From: a virus
Direction: 5' to 3' (one strand)
Virus record (IMG/VR): IMGVR_UViG_3300020419_000004
Length of the DNA stretch: 64,000 bases
Part shown: in pieces, positions 22,001-35,800 of the stretch
Layout: each line of letters begins with the position of its first letter
Numbering within the stretch: the stretch's first letter is position 1
Notes under the pieces: generated by a model
What the model saw: only the letters and a program-made list of their open reading frames with translations
Told to the model about the DNA's origin: nothing
Database searches by the model: none
Translations under genes and position numbers: made by a program

Positions 22001-23853
22001 TGGCATTTAATCAGGTCAACGCCTTAGAATTTAATCAAATCAAGGCACAAATTAAAGATTACCTAAGGGCACAGGAACAATTCTCGGATTATGACTTCGA
22101 GGGATCGTCCATGACTGTCCTTTTAGACGTTTTAGCATACAATACTTACTATACAAGTGTAAATGCTAACCTTGCAGTGAACGAAGGGTTCCTTGAAACT
22201 GCTGTTTTAAGAGAAAACGTTGTAAAACTTGCTAGAATGATTGGATATACTCCAAAATCAGCAAGATCTGCTCAGACAGTAGTCGATATTTCAGTTCAGA
22301 CTGTAGTTCCATACCCAAAAACAGTTACAATCAACAAAGGATTGGTTTTAAACTTCACAGGATTGGATAATAACAACTTTGTATTCTCATTAGGGACTGA
22401 TACTACCCAATCAGTAGACAGTACGAGTGGAATTGCCACCTTTACTGGTGTACAATTGTTTGAGGGAGTGTTTCTTACCGATACTTTTGTAAAAGATATC
22501 AACCAAAGACAGAGATTTATACTAACCAATGCAAATGCAGACACAACTTCTATGAGAGTAGAGGTTACTTCTGGTACTATTACAGAAAGATACCTTCAAG
22601 CAACTGATATTACAAAGATAGATTCAACTTCTAAGGTATTTTTCCTAGAAGAATCTGAGTATGAGATACCCGAAATATTATTTGGTGACGGAAAGGTAGG
22701 AAAGGATCTAGAGAATGGAGATGTAGTAAGCGTACAGTATTCTACATCTAGTGGAACTGGTGCAAATGGACTAAAAGTGTTTGAGAATATTGGTACATTT
22801 AGAGATAACCTTAATAATACAATTACAAGTGGCATCACTATTACTGCTACTACGTTCCCTGATGGGGGTTCTCAAGCAGAAACTACGGAGTCTATTAAAT
22901 TTGCTGCTCCTAAATTCTATTCTGCCTTTGGTAGAGCAGTTTCCACACGAGATTATGAAGCAATTATTCCTCAAATATATCCAAACGTGGGTTCCATAGC
23001 ATGTTATGGTGGTGAGGAAGCAGAACCACCTGAATATGGTAAAGTATTTTTGGCAATCAAACCAAAAAATGCAGATAAATTATCTCTTTCCGAGAAAAAT
23101 GTGGTTCTTAAGAGGTTAAGAGAGTATTCAGTTGCTGCAATTCAGCCTTCTATCATTGATCCGTCCATATTATACATTGATGTGGACAGTTTTGTGTACT
23201 TTAACCCGAATATAACGCGGAGAGAAGCGTCTGGAGTGAAAAATACCGTAATTAATTCATTAACTGTCTTGAATAATAGCGGAGAGTTCAATAAATTTGG
23301 CGGAAAATTCAAATTTTCAAAGCTTCAGAGTATAATTGATAGTTCAGAGACCTCAATTACGTCCAATATCACTCGTCTCAAGATGAGAAAGAACGTAACT
23401 GTCGATCTGGGTGCACGTGTGAACTACAAGATATGCTACGGTAACCGCATTAAGCAAGGAACTAGCACAAAACCTACCGTTATTAGTAGTGGATTTAAGA
23501 TTGTTGGAGATGATTTCAACACTTACTACTTAAATGATGACGGAGCGAGTTCTTTGAGACTCTATTATGTCAAAGGAACTGGTGAATATGAGTATGTTGA
23601 TGGTCTATGGGGTACAGTTGACTACTCCATGGGTGAAATTGTAATCAATGATTTGATTATTTCATCTACAAGTGTAGCAAATAATCAATTACAGATATCT
23701 GGAACTCCTGAATCTAATGATATCATATCTTTACGAGAAACCTACTTGACAGTAGGCATAGATAATACGACTGTAAGTGTTGTAGAAGACACTATCAGTA
23801 GTGGTTCAAATATTTCTGGTACAGGAGTAGTACCAGAGTCCAGCTATAGTTAG
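22000..23853 (+). CDS. gp6: Baseplate wedge subunit gp6
   Basis: FSDYDFEGS...LLDVLAYNTYY and RAVSTRDY motifs. Confidence 0.95.
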   Translation: MAFNQVNALEFNQIKAQIKDYLRAQEQFSDYDFEGSSMTVLLDVLAYNTYYTSVNANLAVNEGFLETAVLRENVVKLARMIGYTPKSARSAQTVVDISVQTVVPYPKTVTINKGLVLNFTGLDNNNFVFSLGTDTTQSVDSTSGIATFTGVQLFEGVFLTDTFVKDINQRQRFILTNANADTTSMRVEVTSGTITERYLQATDITKIDSTSKVFFLEESEYEIPEILFGDGKVGKDLENGDVVSVQYSTSSGTGANGLKVFENIGTFRDNLNNTITSGITITATTFPDGGSQAETTESIKFAAPKFYSAFGRAVSTRDYEAIIPQIYPNVGSIACYGGEEAEPPEYGKVFLAIKPKNADKLSLSEKNVVLKRLREYSVAAIQPSIIDPSILYIDVDSFVYFNPNITRREASGVKNTVINSLTVLNNSGEFNKFGGKFKFSKLQSIIDSSETSITSNITRLKMRKNVTVDLGARVNYKICYGNRIKQGTSTKPTVISSGFKIVGDDFNTYYLNDDGASSLRLYYVKGTGEYEYVDGLWGTVDYSMGEIVINDLIISSTSVANNQLQISGTPESNDIISLRETYLTVGIDNTTVSVVEDTISSGSNISGTGVVPESSYS

Positions 23854-23859
23854 TAACAG

Positions 23860-26800
23860 ATGACAAATTCTTCCTGGAAGGTTAGTTCGTGGACTACCCC
23901 GACCACAACGGTTTCTGTACCACCAGTACCGTCTGAGGTCAGTCCTGAATCTAAATCGCAAATATCCCTCAGTGTTGCGGGACAGTTTGCTTCGTTTATA
24001 CAGGAAAATTATCCAACCTTCATATCGTTTGTAAAAGAATACTATAAGTCACAAGAATTAAAGGGATACTGTTTTGATGTCATTCAGAACTGGTCTGATT
24101 ATTATAATATTGACAACTACGGTGGTCTAGTTACTGAGACTACACTAATTTCAGCGTTAACAACTACCTCTTCAGCAGTTGACGTTGAATCTACTCGTGA
24201 TTTTCCTAATGAAGGTCTTTTAATGGTAGATGATGAGATCATTTACTACCAAAAGAAAGGATCTACACTTTTTCAAGACTGTGCAAGGGGATTTAACGCT
24301 GTAAAGTCAGTTGGAGAGGTTGGAACTTTCCAATTTGAAGAAACAACTGCTGCAACTCATGCTCTTGGAGCAAAAGTTGTCAATTTAAACAATATATTTC
24401 CACTTTACATACTTGGAAAGTTCAAAGAACAGTTTTTAGCGACTTTTCCAAAGAACTTTGCAAGTGGAGTTACTGAATCAACAGTAATTAAGAGAATTAA
24501 AGACTTCTATGCTGCAAAGGGGTCTACAAGGTCATTCCAATTTGTTTTAAGAACACTATTTGGCGTAGAATCAGAAGTTAACTACCCAAGAGAGAGAATA
24601 TTCAAACCATCCGATGCATATTACACCTCCAGAGAGGTTATTCGTGCGGTTGCTGTCTCTGGAGACCCTATTGCACTTGTTGGACAAGTATTATACCAAG
24701 AAAACGACGCAAACGACGCAAATGTTGCTTCTGCAAGAATTTACGTTAAGGGAGTTGTAGAAGTATTCACTCCAAGTGGCACAATCTTTGAAATTGACGT
24801 AGATACCAATAATTCACTAGGTACATTTGTTACACCGTACAAATCTACTCTTGCAAATGACTTAGGTGGTCAATTAACAGATACAACTGTTACAGTTGAC
24901 TCTACATTAGGTTGGCCAGAGGCAAATGGTCGATTTAGGATCGAAGATGAGATTATAAGTTATACAGACAAGACTGTAACCCAATTTCTTGGTTGTAACC
25001 GTGCTAGAGAGAATACAATTATCAATGCACATGATTCAGGTCAAGAAGTCTTTGCTGCATTCAAGATTTTCGGATATTCTAATGTAGATAACTCAGAAAT
25101 CCAGTTAAAGGTATATGGTGGTACTAGAGGTGTAATATTGAACGATGGTGGTAAGTATTATCTACCAGACAGTAAAGTCACAACACCTGCAGCACCTGGC
25201 TTTGATAGTATTGATCCTCTATGGGATAGTTTTACATATAATGTGAGACGTGCTCTCAGAGGGTCTTCAGCGACCCTAGGAAGCGTACTTGCTGATGGTT
25301 CGGTACGTTGTACTGTTGTGACTAAAGAGAGACATTATTTAAAAAGAGATGATGTCATTAGAATACTGAATGCACCTGAAGACATCTACAATAATATGCA
25401 CGATGTTGCAGGTATTATTGATGACTTTACATTTGAGTTTATATTCAGCTCAACACCTGCAAATGGTATAACAGGATTTGAATTCTACATTGCTAGAGAG
25501 TTTGCATTTGGTAAGAGTGACTATAATTCAATTAATGTAGGAATTGAGAAGTATACCGCAGATGTACAGAACACTTATAAGAGTAGTACAGATGCACTTG
25601 TAACTAGTACAGGTTTACCATCACATAAGATAGGTCCTTTCGGTACTAACGACTTAAATCCTGGCAACCAGAGATATCTTAAGAGAATACCTCTTGTACC
25701 ATCTACTAAGAGTACAAAGACTGCTACTCCAGTAGGTCAAGTTGGTATTGGATCAAATGGTGTACCTTTCTTCTCATATAAGGGAGAAGGTAAAAAGAAA
25801 TATGGTGGATTGAAGTCTATTACGAAAATTAACGGTGGAACTGGATATGATATCACAAACCCTCCTACAGTTGAGTTTGAAGCAGACTATAAACTCAATA
25901 CACCCTATGCTTCAGGTATAAGAGTCAAATATAATGGTAATAGGTATAAATCGTTACAAGCAGGTATATCTTCTAATACATTATACCCAACACACAATAC
26001 TGGAGACGCTGCAGTAGGTCAAATCACTTGGGAATACGAAGGAACGCCAGCAGCAGCGACTGTTTCCGTAAAAGGATCAGTAACAGCTATAAACGTTACT
26101 AATGGTGGTAGTGGATATACAACAGAACCAATTATATCAATTACTGGTGGTGGAACAACCTCTGATAACCAAGCATCTGCTACTGCACAGATTACATCGG
26201 GTACTGTAACTGGTATTAACGTTGTTAGTGGTGGATCTGGATATACCAGTGTCCCAACTATCACAATTACTGGTGGTAATGGTTCTGGGGCAACTGCAAC
26301 CGCAACTTGTCGAGGTCCTGTTGATACTATTAACATTTCTAATGCAGGAACTCAATATACATACGAACCAACTATCAATTTGATCTCTGGTAGTGGTGCT
26401 GTTGCATATCCGTCAATATTGAACGGAAAGATCGAAAGTATTATTGTTACATTTGGTGGTAGTGGATATTTTGGTGCTCCAGACGTTATTATCACTGGAG
26501 ATGGAGTTGGTGCTACTGCATTTGCTCAAGTAGACCTTTCTAGCAACATTGTTACAGGTATTGTCATAACAAACAAAGGTGCAGGTTACTCTGCAGGTGC
26601 TACAACCGTTAGTATCGTATATCCTGGTTCTGGTGCGTCATTCCAGACCAATTTGACAGAATTAACATATAATGAAGCAGCAACAGCAGAAGAACTAGGA
26701 GTTCCGTCAAATCAGTTCACAAATAGGAAAACTGTAGACGCTTCAAACGGTGCAACCATGCAAGGTGAGAACTATTTGATATATGGTGGAGAATATGGAT

Positions 26801-29800
26801 ATTTGTACAATCCTAAGCAACTTAGATTCCTTTTAAGGGATAATATTGACGCAAACATGACTGAGTTGAATCCAACCTCTCATTCACCGATTATTGGGTA
26901 TGCATTTGACGGACATCCGATATATGGACCTTATGGTTTCGAGGATGCTGAAAATACCGCACCATACAACTCATATAAGTTGATGGTTTCCAGTTATAAC
27001 GTAAAGTCCTCTAGAGATGCTCTTCTAAGCGGTCTAACAGACCCTATGGGGACTTATATCGACGATTATGAATATACAGAAGGATATGGAGATTTAGATC
27101 AATATAATGGAAGATTTTGTGTTACTCCCGAATATCCAAATGGAGTTTATGCATATTTCGCTACAATTAAGGGATCTGCGGGAGAACCGAAGTTTCCGTA
27201 CTTTGTAGGACCTAATTTCTACTCAGAAGCGGATGCTGTCAACTGGAATGGTAATGGTCTGCAGAAAAACTTCACAGAAGACGCAGTTAGGTATAAAGCA
27301 CCATTTATCAGCACAGATAACATTGTAGCGAAGAGAAAACAGTTAGATAACCGAGTTGACTTCTTTTTAGCACTAGAAGACACCACAACTTTGATTGTGA
27401 TGGAAACTGGGGAGATATTAACTTATCTTGAAGATGGAATTGGGTATTACAGTTACTATCCTACTATTAGAGGTGGTACTGCTGATTCTATGGTTGTATC
27501 AGGTACTAATAAGTATTCATCCTCTGGCGTTGACCAATATCTAGTTGAAGGTGGTGGTAAAGAGTATAAAGTCAATGATAGACTTCAATTTGACAATACT
27601 GGCACTGGTGGAGAAGGTATAAGTGCAATTGTATCAAATGTACAAGGTACTACAGTAAGTTCCATCAGTATGATGGTTTTATCAGGTGAGGACAGATATC
27701 TTGCAACTGTTAACACTACAGAGAACCATTATTTGCAAGTTAACGATACAGCTGTCATTACAGTAGCAGATAATCTTTATACGAGAAATATCAAGACAAA
27801 AATCATTGGTAGCAGATATCACTTCAAATATGGAGATATGTTGAGTGGTGGAATGAAACTTATTGCCCCATATCAAAATACTACCGCATATGTCTATGGT
27901 GACTTAATATATGTTGCAGATAGAGTTTATAGAGCTGCACAAGGTACATCTGGTTCATCAGCACCTACACACACTTCTGGGACTGTTTCTGACGGTTCTA
28001 TGGACTGGACTTACATGAGATTACGTACAGATGGTAATTTGTACCAAGATGGTTGGTCTAGCATCACAGGTGGGTCTGGATACACAAATGGCACATATTC
28101 TGGAGTTCCTATAACAACTAATGGATCTGGTAAGGGTGCAAAAGCAACTATCGTCGTTTCTGGTGGTTCTGTAACAAATGTTACACTTACAGAGATGGGA
28201 ACCGCATATAACGTCGGTGACACTATAACTGCTGCAGATATTAACCTTGGTAATGCAGGTGGGTCTGGATTTACAATAACATTGACTGAAGTTGAAACTG
28301 AAGCACAAATTCAACTTAATAAAGCTCATCAGACTGAAATTGGCGATATAGTCAATATCTCAGGTGTATCACCTGCGTCTTACAATAAGACAGACTATAC
28401 AGTTGTTCGTAGTGATACATTAAGAAGATTTGTCGTAAAACGCAACTTTGGAAGTGTTGCAGCTGCAACAACGACTAATGCCGAGGTTTATGTCCAAGAA
28501 CCGAAGTTAAAACTCATTGACGGACACAAATACACTTTTGACACTTCTGATGCAAGTAATGTTGGAAAAACACTTGCATTTACTTTAGATTCGGCAAATA
28601 CCGATATTTTCACTTATAAGAACATTACTGACGAAGTTAGAGACGCAGTTACTGGAGATCAGACCTCAATCACTATTTTGGTCGATGGTTTACCTGGTAT
28701 CTTCTATTATTTCGATATTCAAGGATCTACAAGCGGAAATTACTTCCAAGCGATTAATGATCCGATTATCGGCACTCAAACCGTATTCTCAAAAACTGAT
28801 ACATCATTTACCTATGAAATGGCAGTTGCACCTGAAAGTGGATATGCAGCTGCAACTTACACTACAGACTCCGTTTATCCTTCAGGAGGGATTGCATCTA
28901 TCTCTATTGGTGATCCTGGTCGAAATTACTCATCTCTTCCAAAATTATTAAGTTCTACTAGATCTGGTTCTGGAGCAACTGCGGTAGCGACTATTTCTGG
29001 TTCTTTATCAAATGTATCGGTTACTAATCAAGGATCTGGATATAATCAGGCATCTTTACCAAGTGGAGTTGTTACGTTACCAGATTACGTAGATTTAACA
29101 CTTACTAACATACTTGGGTCATTTGTTCCAAATGAGATCCTTATTTCACAAACAGTCCAAGGTAACCAGACTGCTAGGGGACAAGTAATTAATTGGAACC
29201 CAGTTACCTCTGTATTGAGAATTAGACCACTTAGGAACGAAAGAACTGGTGCAGGTAATAAAGGATACATTATGTTCAGTACTGGGGTTGCTGAGACCAA
29301 TAATCTCTTTAGTGCAGATTCACAAGCATCTATTAGTGCTATAAGTGGAACCCAAGCAACTGTAGCAACTGTAGTGTCTGGTGGTGGTGCACTTTCAGAA
29401 GTGACCGTTACTGCTGCAGGTTCTAACTACAGAGCTGCTCCTAACGTTATATTTGATGATCCTTACTATGGATCTGTAGATACTATTACTACACTAGTCC
29501 AACCAGCTGGTAACGGTACATATACCGCAGACCAGACTACAACTGGTGTAACTCAAACTAGTGTTGCTCCTGTCAACGGTACAGGTGCTACTTTCACAGT
29601 TGTCACAGATGGTAATGGAAGAATAGCTACTGTCACCGTGACTGGTGGTGGTAGTGCATATGCATTGGGTGATGTAATCACTTTTGATGGTACAAAGATA
29701 CCAGGTGGTGCTTCTAACGAAGACTTTACTGTGACAGTTAATGGATTGGCACATGCTAATCCTGCAACGATCGCTACTCTGTTAGATGCTGCTGTAGATA

Positions 29801-32800
29801 CCATTACTATTACTAATAGTGGATCTGGTTATCTATCTGCTCCTAATATCGAAGTTAGTGGTGGTAATGGAATTAATGCTAAGTTCAATGCTACTATAGT
29901 CAATCAGGGTGTCAGTGCAATTAATATCGAGACTGGTGGTCTTCAGTACCAAAGTGCTCCTGTAGTCAATATCACACAAAAAACAGGTTCAGGTGCTTCT
30001 ATACTACTCAAGTCATCAGACATGGGTAAGATATTGAAGATAGGTGGAGATAACATCACATTCAACTATTCTCACGATAGAACCTTAAAACCAGAACTCA
30101 ATACAACATATAACCTTCAACTTACAAGAACTCAGGTTCTTGATTACTTCACTATCACTTCTGGTGGTGCGAATTTCGTATCTACACCTGAGATTGTTCT
30201 TGTCGGTGGAAGTGGGTCATTATATGAGACAAGGGCATTAATAGAGAACGAAGTCATACAAACCATTCAAATCATCAATGAAGGTAGAGGTTTCTTAGCT
30301 GCTCCTACAGTTGAAGCAAGAGTAACTCATACATGGGTTGGATTGCAGTCTAATAGTACTTTAAACTTCCCATACAATACTAAAATACCAACAGGGACTA
30401 AAGTAACCCTACAACAGAACAGTGGTCAGTTCCCACCACCTCTTGCTGTTGGTACAACTTATTATGCTGTTGCAGCAACTATAGCAAATGGATTGGCAGA
30501 TAACCAGATCAGACTAGCTACAAGTCTTGCAAATGCAAATACTGGAACAGTCATTTCGTTTACTGGTGCACCAGTGGGTGATGCTCTAACTGGACAAACA
30601 TCCTTTACACTTCAGACTAGTGACCTAGGAGATAATATTACTGCGTTTATGAAACCTGCTACTTTCTCTGTTGGAGAGAGGATTTATCAGGGTGCATCAA
30701 CATCTTCCTTTACTGCATATGGATTTGTTAAGAACTGGGATGCTTCTGGTCGTGTTGTAAGTGTAGAGATAGTAGAAGGTGAGTTTAAGGTCGGTGAACC
30801 TGTATTTGGTGAAGAGACTGCTGCATTTGGTCAGATCCATGAGTTTACTAGAGCAGATGCTGTATTTGAGGTTTCACCAATCAGTACATCAGCAACCACA
30901 TGGGAAAAGACAACTGGTTTCTTAGATCTTAACGAACAGAGACTATATGACAGTGACAGGTATCAGGAATTCTCATATGACATCTCCTCATCTATTAATA
31001 TTAATGATTGGAAGAACCCACTTAAGTTTGCTGCTCATCCTGCAGGCTTTAAAGTCGTTGGTACACAAGTACTATCACAAGCAAGCATTAAAGACCATAG
31101 ATCTAAACCAACTCTTAACCTTAACTCTGGTAATTCATACGATTGGTGGATTCCAGCTACAAATAGTCTAGGAACTACCTTTAATGGTACAACATACGTC
31201 ATACCTAAACCATCTGCTAGAAATACTGGTAAGTTATCAGTTATTCAGAACTTTGCTCTAGGTAAGGCAGACTATAGTGCAGCAGTTCCAACTGAGGTTC
31301 AAGTATATGGTAAGCAACTACTAGACATTCAGAAGATCTTATCTTGTATTGCTTATAAGGCAGATGACATCAGTGATAGGTCTCTCAGTTTTGATGGATC
31401 ATCATCTAGTCTCGTAGATACAAGCACTAATAGAATTACTCTTACAGGTCACAACCTAGTTGATGATCAACGTGTCATCTATAACTCTGGTGGAGATAGA
31501 TTCCAAGATGCTAGAGATTTGGTCATTAAGAATATTGATTATATCGTAGAAGAGGTCATTGGTGATCTAAACTACACATACCCAAATCTTATATACAACT
31601 CAACAACCTGTGCTAGAGATACAAGACTAATATTAGCTGCATTTGCAAATGATTTAAGATATGGTGGTAACCAGTTTAGTTTAACAGCAGTCAATTCTTA
31701 TGTTGGGCAGACTATATCTCAAGGTAATGCTTATATTGACGCTGCTAATCTCTTAAAGGACAATAAGAACCTAATTGCTGCTGAAGCAGTGTATCAAATG
31801 TTACAAGACCAAACAGTTGGTATACCAAGTGGTTATGCAGGTGTACCAGGTGGAGATCAGAACTGTATTGACGATATTGTAGATGTAATTGAGGCAATTG
31901 CTTATAACCTACGTTATGGTGGTAATAGTGAAGTATGGGATGCTGCAAACTACTATGTAAACACAGTTCACCTAGATGGTGAAGAAACCCAATCAGTATG
32001 GGCATTTAACAAAGCAAAAGAATATGCTGCTAGTATTCTTATCAATACTGCGATTACTATCCAAGGACAACACGGATACACCCAAGTAACTAACACTGGA
32101 GTCACATTTGATGCTGCGACATGTGCAACTGTAGACGCTGCAATGGACACTCTATTCAATATTGTTACTACTGCTATCAGTAATGATACTCTTGCTAGTG
32201 TAACCAGAACTAACCCATCAAATCACATTCTGCATATTGAGGGAGAAGAGATTGAAACCATTCATGCAATCAACAAAGCTAGGGACTTAATGAACTTAGC
32301 GGTAGTCAACAACCTACCTATTGGCACATACACTACCAAGGTTCCTGTTACTGACCTCAGTATTACACTAGCCTCAGACAGTTGTGCAACTGTCACATCC
32401 GCTATCACAACCCTTGCTAAGTTGATGACTGATGGTATTGATAATCCATCTACACTACCTCAACTGAACGAAGGTAACTATCCAAATATTAGAACAGGAA
32501 CCCCTATTACAGGATTAACTAATGGTACTGCATACTTTGTCAAATATGTTGATGCAAATACAATTGAACTTAGAACTATAGCAGGTGGTCAGTCAATTAA
32601 CTTAACTGGGGTTGGTGCTGGTACAGGTCATACTATTAGAGCATTTATTGATGGTGTTAACACTCAGTTTAAACTAGTTGAGAATGGAGCTCCATTCAGT
32701 ACTAGACTAGGTAAGACTCCAGATAAGGATCAGTTATTTGTTCTTGCTAATGGTATTGTTCAGAACCCTACCAATTACACATATGCAAGTGATATCATAA

Positions 32801-35800
32801 CCTTCAACAAACCATTACTTAGTGGAACGACTGTTGTGGCGATGTATTACGATCGTGCATCATATACCTCCAGTTTCCAGTTAGATACTATTGGAGATGA
32901 GATCAAGACATTTGATGTTGCTAATGGTCTAACACCTGGCAATGGATATAGTAATGGCACATATATCAATGTACCACTTAAAAATAATCTTGGTTCTGGT
33001 AGTGGTGCTACTGCAGATATTACAGTCACAAGCAATAAGGTATCTAATGTTGTACTCAACCAAGCAGGTAATGGATATACTGAAAATGATGTATTGGGCA
33101 TATCTGAGATAGGAGAACAGTTAACTAATAATTACATTCCTTCTACAGCATCTTATACACCTGCTAGTGGTGATTTAGAGTTGACTATTGGTAATCACAC
33201 TCTAACAACTAATGACACAATCAGAATTGCTAATGATGCTCTAATATTCTCATGCAGTTACGGTGGTGGTGGCAATCAGAACTATCCTAGATCCACAGAC
33301 CCTATCGGAAATCTATTTGATGTTCCTATTACTGCTACTAGTGCAACCACTATTACAGTCAATGCTTTACAAGGCACAACTCCTACAAACACTGATGCTC
33401 ATACATGGCAAGGATTAAAGGCATATCAGTTCCAACCTACTAAGGTCAAGTATATTCCTGCAACAGGTGACATGATAGTTACTGCTGCTAGTCATGGAAT
33501 GTATAAGGGAGATAGAATTCAGATTGATACAGATTCATTCACCTTCACTTGCTCTAAAGATAATAACAGTAGTAATCACACATATCCTCGTGCTTCAGAT
33601 CCTGTAGGTGGTGCATGGTTGACAATTGCTAGTGTAACCACAGATGCATTCACAGTTAACGTTGGTGCTAACGAGAGAATGTCATTTACACCATCAGCAT
33701 CAACATATAATGCTGCTACAGGTGATGTGACACTTGATATTGGTGCACATGCTTTAGTTGCTCCACTAGATCATACTGCAACGAATGCAGTCTATACACC
33801 TGCTGATGGTAAGGTTGTTATCACTGTAGTTGGACATGGAATGTCTAATGGTGACAGAGTGTGGATCGTAGATGATTCATTATCATTCACATGTACTCAT
33901 GGTTCTGGAACTAAAACATATCCTAGATCAACTGACCCTATCAGTGGTAAGTTTGTAGAGATCTTTGATGTATCAAATGATACATTCACTATTCAGTGTT
34001 TGGAGACTATCCCATCAAGCAATACTACTACTCATACATTTGTATCTGCTCAAGGTGCAGGTATTAAACAAGCAAGAGATTTTGTAAGAATTAAGAGAAA
34101 TGGATTGATCTATACTTGTGAGATGGATGACAGAGCAACACGTCATTCTTATCCTCGTCAAGGTGATCCTGCAGATGGTGCACCACTAGGTGTTAAATCA
34201 GTCTCAGGCAACGTTATCACTGTAAACGTTGGTAAGTCACCTATTGTCAATTACACCCCTACAGATGCCACATACTCCCCAACCACAGGAGTTATGGAAT
34301 TGACTATCGGTTCTCATAGTCTTGTTGCTGGTAAGAGTATTAAATTAGCAGAGGGTGCTGTAACATTTACCTGTGCACAGGATGGTAATACTGTCAGTAA
34401 GAGTTATCCAAGATCATTGACAGATGGATTTGATGTAACAGGTGTTAACTATAATCCTGACAACGGTGTTATGACAGTTACGTCACTGGCACATGGTATG
34501 GCGAATGCTGATTGGATTAAATTCAAACCAGAATCATTAACATTCACATGTGGACTAGATGGTAATGTTAAGAAAAAACAGTATCCACGTGCTACAGATT
34601 ACCCCTATGATAGGTGGTTAAAGGTATCAAATGTTACAACTGATACATTTGACGTTGTTGTTCTAGATGTTGTACCTTCTACTAATACAGATACCCATTT
34701 ATTCAGTCCATTACCTACTAGAGGACCTTCCTCAGTATCTTATAATGCAACTTCAGGTATAATGAGTATCTCAGTTGAGCAGTTTAATGTAACTGATGCA
34801 ACTTATAATGGTACAACAGGTGACATGGTACTAAACATTGGTACTCATAACCTAACAACTCTTAATGTAATCAGACTTGATGAGGAATCATTATCATTCA
34901 GTTGTGAATATAACGGACAAGTACAGACTAAGGCATATCCAAGATCAAATGGTAATGACTATGTTTACAACGTTGATATTCCAATCACAGCATACACACC
35001 TACTACAATTACAGTCAATGTAAATGGTGGTCAAGGTGCTATCAGTCATGCTGTACCTCATACCTTTATAAGTGCTACCGCAAACTGTGTTAAATCTGGT
35101 CATGGATTATCAAATGGTGACTTCATTAAACTTAAGGATGATTCACTAACATTCAGTTGCACACAAGGTCTTGGTAATAAGAATTATCCTAGAGCAGTTC
35201 AGGCACAATATACTGCTGCAGCAGGTACTACCTATGATCCTGTAACAGGTCTTATGAATGTTACTACTTCAATCAACCATGCAATTCAGGTTGGTGATAA
35301 AATTAAATTTGATGATGGTGCTACATCATTCAGTTGTACTGCAGGTTCATTCCCACATACATTCGTAAGTGCTACTGCTAACGCTGTTACTGTAGTGACA
35401 GATAGTAATGCTCAGAGAAACGTAACAGATGCAGCATATAATCCTGCAAATGGTCAGGTAGAATTGACAATAGGTTCTCACAGTTATACAACAAGTGATA
35501 CCGTTAAGATTGCTGTTAACTCTATAACATTTACTTGTGATGAAGATAGTAATGCTACCCTTCACTCATATCCTAGGATAACTGATCAGGCATATGAAGC
35601 AGTATTACCAATTCTTGCTGAGACTGGTACTACAATTACGGTTGCTGTTGGTACTGCAGCATCTACTGCTGCTACTGCATACCCAAGATCAGGAGACTAT
35701 GCTAGTGGTAAATGGTTAGAGGTATATTCAAGAACTGCTAATACCTTTACTGTCAAGGTATTGGATAGCGTTCCTTCAACAAATATTGCACCTCATACAT

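Noticed and set aside
24702-24719. 9-bp tandem duplication AAACGACGC x2 (similar GAAGATATG x2 near 6710)
   Set aside because: In-frame micro-duplications of two copies only; ordinary slippage.
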